The notes under the pieces are model-generated. The model was not told the DNA's origin and searched no databases. It saw only the letters and a list, made by a program, of their open reading frames with translations. This document shows, one piece after another, positions 39,437-48,328 of a DNA stretch of 64,000 nucleotides. Every line of letters begins with the position of its first letter. Positions within the stretch are counted from its first letter, which is position 1. This DNA is from a virus: IMG/VR virus record IMGVR_UViG_3300009999_000006; one strand, written 5' to 3'. The position numbers were made by a program, and so were the translations under genes.

Positions 39437-41134
39437 ATCCAAGTAGAGCCATGAGGCTTTTTGACCACGAAGCGACCCACCTTCGGCCCCAGAACGGGTA
39501 CCGGCTGTGTATAGCTTGATACGTGATTTGTTGTGGAACACAATTTCATAAGGAGAACGCCGGATAGCACTGACCGAAGCTCGTAGGGCTTCATTGTTTT
39601 CAATGAAGTTGTTGAGCTGGTCAAAAATCTCTCGGGCTTGGGAATCATACGGTGTCGCAACCAGGCAGGTTGCCCCTTTCTTGATTTCTGTTCCGCCATT
39701 ACAGGTATAAGCTACCCATAACATGTGAGCTGTCATCGTCCATGTGTTATGAACAAGAATGTCTTCAACGACTAAGTTGTGGGTTTCGGGTACGAAGACG
39801 TCATATGTTTCACGCATTCCTACCGATTCAATTTCTACAACTTCTTCCCAGAGGACATCGCTGTAAACTAAGTCATATAAGAAAGCCGAATGCATGTTTT
39901 CAGCGAATACACGGGCTTTTCCTTTACTTAATCCATGATTCATCCGAAGCCGTTCGGTCTTCGAACCAGATACTTGTGTTTTCGTCATTTTCTTTTCGCG
40001 TCGTTCTTTTTCAATATGTGGCCATATGTCTTTTGGTAAAATATCATCCATCGATTGCATTTCTAATGCGCGACGGTATGTAGCTGAATAATCACGTGCC
40101 GTCTTATTGCCTTGACGAACACTATCAATAAATCGAATCACATGCTCTCGGTAATAGGTCATAACATGGAAATATTCTGTATCATTGACATGTTTCTTCA
40201 AGATGTTTGATTTAATCCCTAAACGAAGCAGTAAATGTTTCAGATTACGGGCAAAATCGTGATGCGGCGTACCATATCCAATTTCAACAATCCGTTTTGC
40301 ATAGTCCCAGCCACCAACATCATATAAAGCGGCAATAAAGCATTCGAGCACCGTTTTATCGTATTGGTAGACTTCTTCTGGTAAAATACCCAATCGAGCT
40401 TCTTCTGCCACTAATTTAAACTCATTTAAGTGGTGTGGAATCCAGAGTTCGTAACTTTGCTTACGTTTCTCGATTTTAGCGAAGACACCATCGTGTTTTT
40501 CGAAGACTTGTTTCATCCGGTCTTGGACACTTTCAAAACGAGACTCTAAACAGAGCGAATCTTTGAAAACACGTCCACCAGCGACCAGATATCCAAGCAT
40601 GGCCGCTCTCTCAGGAGCTGGAATTCCTTTAACATAGTCATGTTCTGTGATGCTTCCCTTATGGTCGAGTTTCTTTGGAACCGCAATGGCATTTCCAACT
40701 TCTAATAAGTCCACTTCCACCCATCCATCAATCGTTAATACGGGGTGATTGCCAGTCAACAAGACTTCGGCGCCGTGTTTTGTCTTCACTCGGAAGACTT
40801 CTTTAACTCCATTCTCTTCAATGAAGAAAGCACTAGAGTTTTCTAACTGATATTTTTCATTTAACGTAAGTAGATTTACTGTGTCAGCTTGCTTTTGTGT
40901 TGCATACAATTCTTCAATCATTGTGTACTTGCCTGTAATCGGGTCTAAAATCCGTTGGTCTCCGGCAATACACTTTCCGATACGACGTCCACACCGTAGA
41001 ACTTTACGATTATGGGGATGTCTTAGAATTTCTTCTTGGTACCAACGAGGTTTATCTCCTCCGAGATGATGTCGTGCCCATTTCACCGGGTCACGCATAA
41101 TCTGAAGTACCTCTTGGTCATGTTGCTTTCCCAA
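39437..41134 (-). CDS. terL: Terminase large subunit, exon 1 (intein-containing)
   Basis: PRWYQ adenine motif; Walker A CGRRIGK|T; LRGQKASWLYLD. Confidence 0.9.
39746..40972 (-). mobile_element. Intein (409 aa) with LAGLIDADG-like domain in TerL Walker A
   Basis: N-terminal CIAGD; block B TGNHP; MLGYLVAGG and FIAALYDVGG helices; ends LVHN followed by Thr. Confidence 0.93.
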
Positions 41135-41238
41135 TATGTCACTACCTTTCCTCTTTTATTGACGCGAAAAAGAGCGGAAAACTTGTTTCCGCCCTCAATA
41201 AAACCTTTTATTTCCTGTCTGTCAACACATTGCTCATT

Positions 41239-41676
41239 TTAGAACGAACGTGGTGTGTTGTTGTGGAAGAGACGTGCTTCTCCACCTAATGAAGACCGAG
41301 CATTCATTTTCGACCCTTGAATCGCTTGAACGGCCGCTTGACGCATTGTTTGAGCCCGTGAACTGTCAATATAGTTCCCACCAACAGTACGGTCTGAGAC
41401 CAATTGACTCCGCATTTCTTCAGAACGTTGTTTCCGCCATTTGTATCCGGCTTCGACTGCATCAATTCCAGTGGTTGCCGCCATATGTCCCCACATGACC
41501 GGAGCCGCCGCTGACCATGCCGCAAAACTTGCCGCCGATTTCAGAGCCGCTTCACCCACTCCTTGTCCTTGGTCTAAGTTGGATTTAAAATCTAAGGCTG
41601 TCATCCCGACGCCTAAATATCCTGCACTCTTGAGACCACCATGTGTCGCTTTAATCATTCCGCCCATACCTGCCAT
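41239..41676 (-). CDS. Gly/Ala-rich hypothetical protein (candidate internal virion protein)
   Basis: 145-aa ORF with RBS, in the late operon. Confidence 0.6.
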   Translation of the reverse strand: MAGMGGMIKATHGGLKSAGYLGVGMTALDFKSNLDQGQGVGEAALKSAASFAAWSAAAPVMWGHMAATTGIDAVEAGYKWRKQRSEEMRSQLVSDRTVGGNYIDSSRAQTMRQAAVQAIQGSKMNARSSLGGEARLFHNNTPRSF

Positions 41677-41681
41677 TTAGA

Positions 41682-42149
41682 TTACCCCTTTCTCCGATTG
41701 TGCATACCAAAGACCATGTCTCCGCTTGCACCTAATGTATTTGATGTCCCTGATTTAGAACCACCGTCCGCTAAGAAGGTTGGAAGTTCACCAGACTCCA
41801 TTGTTCCCATACGAGGGGTTGTCATTCGTTTTACATCCAAGAGACCTGTTCCACTTCCCATGAACCCATCATCACCAGTTGCTGGATTACCACCAACTCC
41901 AGCTGACGCACCAGCCGCAACTCCTCCTATTGCTAAAATAGGAAGAGCACGTACTTTTTTACCCGTATATAAGTTACTAAAGTTTTTTCCACCGACATCG
42001 TTTTTTAAGAAAACTTCAGACGCTGTATTTTTAATCTTTTTGTCTGAAGACAACGCTTCTCCTAAACGACGTGGTTTGGAAGCCACACGTTGCGCCCCAC
42101 TATTTAACCGTTTGACAGCGGAATTAAAGAAACTTTGTCCTTTTGCCAT
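41682..42149 (-). CDS. Gly-rich hypothetical protein with hydrophobic segment
   Basis: LPILAIGGVAAGASAGVGG. Confidence 0.6.
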   Translation of the reverse strand: MAKGQSFFNSAVKRLNSGAQRVASKPRRLGEALSSDKKIKNTASEVFLKNDVGGKNFSNLYTGKKVRALPILAIGGVAAGASAGVGGNPATGDDGFMGSGTGLLDVKRMTTPRMGTMESGELPTFLADGGSKSGTSNTLGASGDMVFGMHNRRKG

Positions 42150-42164
42150 ACTAATCTTCCTTTC

Positions 42165-43193
42165 TTATGAATTTTTACGGTTTTTCCGAGCGTCCATGAC
42201 TTCTTTTGACTTATTAACCATGCGGTTGTTGGTCATCAAAGCTTTTACACCGACTCCGTAGTTATCCGTTTGTTTACGGTACGTATTCAAGATGTTATGT
42301 TCGCCACGTAAATAGCTCTGAGCACCTGTTGCTTGTTTTAAGCTTCGAGCCCCGGCCATTCCAGTTGCCCCAATAAGCGCTCCTGATTTGGCACCATCCC
42401 AGAAGTCTCCACCTTGCATCGACTCTAAGCTACCTCCGATGACACCACCACCGACTGCTCCTCGAACAGCCGAGCGGCCGACACCACCCATACCACCATT
42501 GGATTTAAAACGGTGACTCATGTCTTGTTTCATGAGACCTAATGCGTCATCATCGGACATACCGGCTGTTCGTTGACTTGTGCCACCTGCTCGAACTTTA
42601 GCATCGTTACGTCCTTGTTCGATTGCAGATTTATACCGGTCAACTTGACGTTGAGGCGCTAACCGTTCGTGCTCTGCCGCCGCCGCTTCGTCTTTCTTTG
42701 TTTGTTTCTTTTCTTGTCGAGCTTCACGTCGTCGTTCTTGGCGCCGTCCTTTTTTCTTATCCAACTTGTCAAAGTAATCTTCACGAGCAGAATCTGCCGA
42801 TTGTTGACGTTGGTTATGAAAATCATTATGCGCTTCTTCTGTTCGTTGGGCTCGTCTATAATCTGTTTTTGGCGTTCTGCTTTCACCATAATTTGAAGGA
42901 AGCTGATTAAAAGCACTTTCTTGCGCTTTTACTTGGTCATCGACATGAGCCGTTCGGTTATGACTTAATTTCGTTTGTCCATAAGTATTACCTCGTTCTG
43001 CTCGACTAGCAGTTCCATATCCATCTGGTAATGAGTTAAACGCACTACCTTCACTTCTTGCGTCTGGAATCCCGCTATTATGTCCTGTATTCCGATTCTT
43101 TAATTCACTTGGACTTAATTTTGGGGTGTGAGAACCCGTATTATAGGTTTCAAGTTTTGGTTTTACAAATTTAGGCATTCTGAGTCTTGGCAT
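42165..43193 (-). CDS. Basic disordered protein with glycine-zipper C-terminus
   Basis: GAVGGGVIGG...GALIGATG; internal duplication SAFNSLP/SAFNQLP. Confidence 0.65.
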   Translation of the reverse strand: MPRLRMPKFVKPKLETYNTGSHTPKLSPSELKNRNTGHNSGIPDARSEGSAFNSLPDGYGTASRAERGNTYGQTKLSHNRTAHVDDQVKAQESAFNQLPSNYGESRTPKTDYRRAQRTEEAHNDFHNQRQQSADSAREDYFDKLDKKKGRRQERRREARQEKKQTKKDEAAAAEHERLAPQRQVDRYKSAIEQGRNDAKVRAGGTSQRTAGMSDDDALGLMKQDMSHRFKSNGGMGGVGRSAVRGAVGGGVIGGSLESMQGGDFWDGAKSGALIGATGMAGARSLKQATGAQSYLRGEHNILNTYRKQTDNYGVGVKALMTNNRMVNKSKEVMDARKNRKNS

Positions 43194-43205
43194 TATTTAG
43201 TCTCC

Positions 43206-44168
43206 TTACTGGAATTTAGAATCACCCATTTTATAGTGTCCCGTCCGTTGCTCAAACATTTCAAAAGCAATGTTTCCAAAGCTTGGGTCGTTGTATCCAT
43301 AATTCCGGTTTTTTTCTTTTTGTGCTCGTTTTTCCAACGTAATCTTTTTCTCGCCATCTTTTTTGATATCTTCAACGTCTGATGAACGTTTCATACCGTG
43401 TAAAGCTGACAACGCACCACCCACGGCAATCACACCCATGGCAATTTTAGAGCCTTTCATGACCTGTTTCCCACGTTTCACAACACGTTCTTCATGTGTG
43501 TCAATATTTCCTTGGTTCTTGGTCGTCGTGGCTTTTTTAATCCGTTCTTCTTTGGTTTCTAAGCCTTTCTTCTTACGAAGCTCTTCACCACGTTCTTCTC
43601 CATGTCGTTTCTTTAATTCTTCAATTTTCTTCTCGTCTGACCCGGCATCGGTCTCAAATTTCTTGATTTGTTGGTCCCATAGCTTCTTTTTATGTACAGA
43701 TTCTTCTACTTTGTTCAAATACTTATTGGCAACGACAGCGGCCCCACCAATTCCTGCTGTATACACAGCGGATGTAGCTACAGTAGAGACGACTCCATCA
43801 TCATCATTATCTAAGAGACTATGGGTAACCCCCATTTTCAATCCTAAAGCGGCTAGAGCGGCAAACTTGTTTTGCCCAGACATTTTACTAATTTTACTTT
43901 TTGCGCCCAATGCCTTTTCTTTGAAACCATTCATTTCTCCTCGTTGACTACCTTCTAAGGCACGACGGTATTGTTTAGGAGAAACGGTTCCGGGGTCTCG
44001 TGATGCACCTCCCTTCGGTGTCTTTTTTTCTTCTCCAGGAATCTTTCGTTCTAACATTTCCTCTACCGTTTGAGGATTGTAATTCATTTCTGGTTGAACT
44101 TGACGACTAGCAATTTGAGACATAGGAAAAGCTTGATTAAACTCTTGTAAATTAAACGGGGTACTCAT
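43206..44168 (-). CDS. Hypothetical protein with hydrophobic helices
   Basis: 320-aa ORF translationally coupled to the upstream gene. Confidence 0.65.
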   Translation of the reverse strand: MSTPFNLQEFNQAFPMSQIASRQVQPEMNYNPQTVEEMLERKIPGEEKKTPKGGASRDPGTVSPKQYRRALEGSQRGEMNGFKEKALGAKSKISKMSGQNKFAALAALGLKMGVTHSLLDNDDDGVVSTVATSAVYTAGIGGAAVVANKYLNKVEESVHKKKLWDQQIKKFETDAGSDEKKIEELKKRHGEERGEELRKKKGLETKEERIKKATTTKNQGNIDTHEERVVKRGKQVMKGSKIAMGVIAVGGALSALHGMKRSSDVEDIKKDGEKKITLEKRAQKEKNRNYGYNDPSFGNIAFEMFEQRTGHYKMGDSKFQ

Positions 44169-44893
44169 TCAGAATCAGCTTCTTCTTCTGTCTCCGCAAT
44201 ACGGATACTATCGAGATAATCCCCATCAATGATTTCACCTGGCATCGACTTCACTTCTTTTAGTAATTCGGAAGCATAAGAAGATGGGTCCATCGTGACT
44301 TGGACTTTCGCGCCGACTTTATCCTTACGCGTACTATTCATCAGTTCAAGGACCTTATGGCGTTTATTTGTAATCTTCTCTTTATACTCTGTTGCTTTTG
44401 AGAGTTGTTTGTTCGTGATTTCATCCCCATTGTCCGTGACAGTGACGACTACATCTTCTACGAAGTCTCCATCAATTGCCATTTTGTTCTCGGCACGCAT
44501 GAGCTGAACATCATAGTCAATGAGGTCTTTAATCAACGACATATCAACGAAATCATCGTCGCTGGCATTGAACTCTTCTTTGTAGTCTTCATAGCGTGTC
44601 ATAATCAATGAGATTTCAAGCGGACAACGTTCTCCTGTTGGGTTATACCCTTGGTCTAGAATCGGACAGACGGCCGCATACTGACATTCTTCTCCTTTAC
44701 AGAGCATAGGGATAGAAGCATACATACCATGTTTGGTCTTATTCATAGCAACACCAAACTTAATTGCTTCAATACCTTGTTCACTTATCTTCCAAGAGGA
44801 AGGTAAGGCTTCTTTCTTGATGTTCATATACTTCTTAGGAGCTAATAAAGAGAGTTCCTCTTTGCGTTTATCTTGTTCTTCCATAGTATTCAT
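44165..44893 (-). CDS. Putative terminase small subunit (Cys cluster plus helical region)
   Basis: KHGMYA motif, C-x4-C-x4-C...C cluster and a helical C-terminus; heads the morphogenesis operon. Confidence 0.45.
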   Translation of the reverse strand: MNTMEEQDKRKEELSLLAPKKYMNIKKEALPSSWKISEQGIEAIKFGVAMNKTKHGMYASIPMLCKGEECQYAAVCPILDQGYNPTGERCPLEISLIMTRYEDYKEEFNASDDDFVDMSLIKDLIDYDVQLMRAENKMAIDGDFVEDVVVTVTDNGDEITNKQLSKATEYKEKITNKRHKVLELMNSTRKDKVGAKVQVTMDPSSYASELLKEVKSMPGEIIDGDYLDSIRIAETEEEADSE

Positions 44894-45082
44894 CCTTTCG
44901 TATTTCCCGACCTAATAGACAAGCGACGGGCAGAAGTTACCATTCATTTATGAATCGAATTTTTACAGGATTATTTTCCTGACATTTGTGCATGTTGCCG
45001 TAAGAGAGTGGCAGACATTACTGTCTATGTGCGAAATGTAACCATTTACGGCCGAAATCTCAAGATAAACCGCTGGAAAACG

Positions 45083-45124
45083 AAAAAAGACGAAGCTCCG
45101 GGTTAGATATCTCCGGCTTCGCCT
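45083..45124 (-). terminator. Intrinsic terminator
   Basis: GGCGAAGC...GCTTCGTC followed by TTTTTT on the - strand. Confidence 0.6.
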
Positions 45125-45139
45125 GTTACTTTCGTTATA

Positions 45140-45410
45140 AACTCCCTATAGGTCTTCTCTTGCTTATAGTCCTCTCTCTTATAGAACCCTATATGTTTCT
45201 CTCTCTATAGGATAAGGATAGGAAGGGCTAAAGCCCCACATACAAAGAGTATGTTCCCGCCGGGCATCTGATTTTAAAGATGGTTCTCTCTCTGTATTAG
45301 TCTTTCCCCTTATAAGACTCTCTTCTGTAGTAGTTGTGATTAGAAAAGAGATTGGAAAAAGAATAAGACAAAGGTGACGGCGCCGACTCCTCCGATTCCC
45401 CCTATAAGCA
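45140..45410. repeat. Degenerate CCCTATA/CTCTCTTATAG repeats in a non-coding region
   Basis: About seven pyrimidine-run plus TATA(A/G) units. Confidence 0.55.
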
Positions 45411-45465
45411 CTTGAAACAAAGTAATCCGCTTACTCAGTTTTATTACATATGTCCACATGACCCA

Positions 45466-45648
45466 TCACTCCCACAATATGTACAGTAAAGCGCTACTAT
45501 GGACGATAAAATAGACTAACCAGATATAGAGCGCCCACCAGCCATAGTTTTGATAATACTTCTTCTCTCTTATATAGAAGAGAGTCTCTTGATAGAGATA
45601 GAACGTACTAATCACGAACAATATACTATACATCTCATAGAAATTCAT
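45466..45648 (-). CDS. Small membrane protein (two TM segments)
   Basis: Two aromatic hydrophobic stretches; tightly packed with the upstream gene. Confidence 0.55.
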   Translation of the reverse strand: MNFYEMYSILFVISTFYLYQETLFYIREKKYYQNYGWWALYIWLVYFIVHSSALLYILWE

Positions 45649-45649
45649 A

Positions 45650-45931
45650 TTAACTGGCGCCGACGGCTACTTTTATATCCTTTTGTCGGGTATAGCGCAT
45701 CTTTTTAAACTGAATGTAATAGGTATAAGCCGCCTTCTCCTTCTTCCACCCTACAATCTCAATATCAAAGAATTCATAATGTGTGTTTTCAAAATTAAAA
45801 TACAAATCTTCTAACTCTCCCATAAGGCCGCCGACATCAATCCGATGCATGTACAGCAGGACCCCATTCGTCGATTCCGGGTTCTTTTGGTACCGGACAT
45901 CGAACGCTTCATCTAACAATAAGTTAATCAA
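45650..45931 (-). CDS. Hypothetical protein
   Basis: Overlapping start/stop with its neighbour. Confidence 0.55.
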   Translation of the reverse strand: MINLLLDEAFDVRYQKNPESTNGVLLYMHRIDVGGLMGELEDLYFNFENTHYEFFDIEIVGWKKEKAAYTYYIQFKKMRYTRQKDIKVAVGAS

Positions 45932-46197
45932 CTCTCGACACGCTCCTTACGCTTACGTAATACCCCGTCTATGGCGTCTGTACAAGGCGCACAAAGCCGT
46001 ACTATCTCTTCACTATCCTCTACCTTAAAACTAGCATAGCGGTCGCGTAAGAGACTGTCACAAGAAGCACACCGACGGCCTTCTACTACTGAAAAATGTA
46101 AAAGTACAGTCTTCTTCATCTCAAAAAACTCCCTTCTTCTCCAGTTGCGCTTTTCTCTTAGATGTCTTGCCTTTATCCTATCACCTATCCCTTCCAA
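45928..46197 (-). CDS. Small Zn-finger-like protein
   Basis: CASC...CAPC; start uncertain. Confidence 0.55.
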   Translation of the reverse strand: MEGIGDRIKARHLREKRNWRRREFFEMKKTVLLHFSVVEGRRCASCDSLLRDRYASFKVEDSEEIVRLCAPCTDAIDGVLRKRKERVES

Positions 46198-46563
46198 TTA
46201 CTATATTTTACTTCCTAACTTGTGCCTTATAGGGCCATTTTCTATTGAATTTCATTTTTGCAAAGACTCTCTTTTAAAAGAAAGGGTAGGGGGTCTTTTT
46301 TCCGCCCACCCCCCTTTTTAATGACAAAAGAAACGGAACGGGTTTTGTGATAAAAGGGTCAATTCGGTGGTGAGAGCTATGAGAAGAATAGTGGAAAGAT
46401 ATTGAACCCGAACAAGAGGTGCGGACCAGGAGTCGAGAAAAGACGTTCCTATAGTGGAAATTGACAAAAAATTCTCAGCGGCATGGTAAGTGTATAGGTA
46501 TAAAGTGGGAATCTTTCGGCGCCCACCCCCTATCTATAACACTAACTGAGGAGTTGAATATTT

Positions 46564-47136
46564 ATGAACATGCAACACGAACAAATCTTTGGAGCATTAC
46601 GCTCTCATAAGGAAGACATCGCTAGTCTTCTTGGCCTTGAATTACCTGTCAAACTAGAAGTCTCGTTTGATGAAGAATCAGGTGGACATTTAGCATCACG
46701 TCCATTAGAAACAGTAGGGTTATATGTTGCACCTACAGTTGGTTTTCCTATGCATACAGTATGTGTACGTGCTGATGCAGATGTCATTGAGATGGTCAAC
46801 TCATTGGCACATGAGATGAGACATGCATGGCAGTATGAGAATGCATGTAATGAGGAGCTTGTACGTACACGCTTGCATGCCTTTGTAGTTAAGGCAGTAT
46901 CTAAGGTAGTAAAGGATGTCGCTACCCTACAGTATGCCAATGCATGGGAAGAAGTAGATGCTCGTGTGTATGCCTCATGGTACTTGAGTGGTGAGGATGT
47001 CCCTTGTCCTACAGTACCTATGCTAGAGGATATGCGTGTACGCTACCCATCCCTATCTGATGGTGAGCTACGTATGATGCGGCGCCGTGCTGGTAATGAC
47101 TATGCAAAGCATGGGCCTAATAGCATCATTGGTTAA
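46564..47136 (+). CDS. HExxH zinc metallopeptidase-like protein
   Basis: LAHEMRHAWQ...WEEVDAR; GAGGAG RBS. Confidence 0.75.
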   Translation: MNMQHEQIFGALRSHKEDIASLLGLELPVKLEVSFDEESGGHLASRPLETVGLYVAPTVGFPMHTVCVRADADVIEMVNSLAHEMRHAWQYENACNEELVRTRLHAFVVKAVSKVVKDVATLQYANAWEEVDARVYASWYLSGEDVPCPTVPMLEDMRVRYPSLSDGELRMMRRRAGNDYAKHGPNSIIG

Positions 47137-47213
47137 TGTATGAGAACACCCACCTATTACTATGTGGGAGCAATAAGGCACAGATAGTGCATGAGCTATA
47201 GAAGGGAGTATAT

Positions 47214-47405
47214 ATGCACCAATCATCATTATTTAAGAAGGTAAGTCGTTTTACTTACCTATATACAGGCTCTATGCAATTAGAGCTTGAGATGGGCGTT
47301 ATTACCCTATTCATGCAGGAGTACCCTGATATGGGGCATGCATTGTATGACATTGAGATGGATATGGGTAGCATCGTACTCACAGTCTTCCCTACACAGG
47401 GGTAA
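47214..47405 (+). CDS. Hypothetical protein
   Basis: AAGGGAG RBS. Confidence 0.6.
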   Translation: MHQSSLFKKVSRFTYLYTGSMQLELEMGVITLFMQEYPDMGHALYDIEMDMGSIVLTVFPTQG

Positions 47406-47419
47406 GCAATAAGCCTTAT

Positions 47420-47580
47420 GTATATAGGCCCTCATATGGAGGGGTGTATGCATAGGGTGCTGTATATAGGCGCCTCCATATAGGGGGGTCTATAGCAAGG
47501 CCTCTATATTAGGCCCTCTATATAAGGGGGTCCATATAGGGGGTACCATATAAGACCCCTCTATATAAGGGGGTATCCAA
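47420..47580. repeat. Cluster of imperfect palindromic CCCTCTATATAAGGGGG repeats
   Basis: Five units near 47429, 47473, 47514, 47532 and 47556. Confidence 0.85.
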
Positions 47581-47622
47581 TAGGCCGGGTATACCGGATG
47601 CGGACGAAAGGGGTAAATCCTC

Positions 47623-48237
47623 ATGACAACTCAAACAACTAAAGCAATTGTATCAAATAACGTTTCTTCAATCACATCTGCACAAAAACGTGCGATTCAA
47701 GAGAAACAAATTGCAACACCGGTTGAATTACAACCAACACTTGGCTTCCCAGTATACGCCTTTACTCTTACAGGGAAGGCCGTAAAAGGAGCCGAATTGT
47801 TCGGTAAACATCACCACTTCTGCCATGTCAACTCAGAAGATGTATTGGCCATGGTACGCAAGTATCGTATTGATAACAATACGATGGCACGGATGTTTAA
47901 CGATGTAGGCGTGACGACGTCTAAGAAAGGTTTTGTTTTTATTTCGTATGACCAACAAATTGGTCTTGAAAACAAATTTAAAACGAAAGCTCCATATCGT
48001 AAACCGATGTATGAGTTTTTAGCTACATTGCCAAAATCAACAATTGTTGTTTCTAATAATTTATTTGTATTGGAATTGGCAGACCGACTTGGTTTTAAAG
48101 TATTAAACCGTTCAGTATCGGTCGCTCGGAAACATGGCGTACATCATGTTGTAGTTACACGTGGAATTAGTCGTAATGCAACAGCCGCGATTACTTCATT
48201 ATTCAGTGGCATTAAGACGACTATTGTCACGTACTAA
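47623..48237 (+). CDS. Hypothetical protein
   Basis: AAAGGGG RBS; 204 aa. Confidence 0.7.
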   Translation: MTTQTTKAIVSNNVSSITSAQKRAIQEKQIATPVELQPTLGFPVYAFTLTGKAVKGAELFGKHHHFCHVNSEDVLAMVRKYRIDNNTMARMFNDVGVTTSKKGFVFISYDQQIGLENKFKTKAPYRKPMYEFLATLPKSTIVVSNNLFVLELADRLGFKVLNRSVSVARKHGVHHVVVTRGISRNATAAITSLFSGIKTTIVTY

Positions 48238-48328
48238 GTTAGTTTAATTCATTTGTATCGATATGGTCTTGGCGAGGACCTTAAACTACGACATCGTGGG
48301 CGCACTTACGCAAAAGGAGTAATTAATC

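Noticed and set aside
435..44915. Numerous short + strand and alternate-frame ORFs over the structural operon
   Set aside because: Shadows of long - strand genes, with no RBS or recognisable motifs
46461..46495. TTGACA as a sigmaA promoter
   Set aside because: No acceptable -10 hexamer at 16-18 nt spacing; the same applies to the - strand TTGACA near 41226
48262..48312. Hairpin-UUAAAC element before the RNAP gene, resembling pistol ribozyme or c-di-GMP riboswitch
   Set aside because: Required pseudoknot and second stem could not be formed
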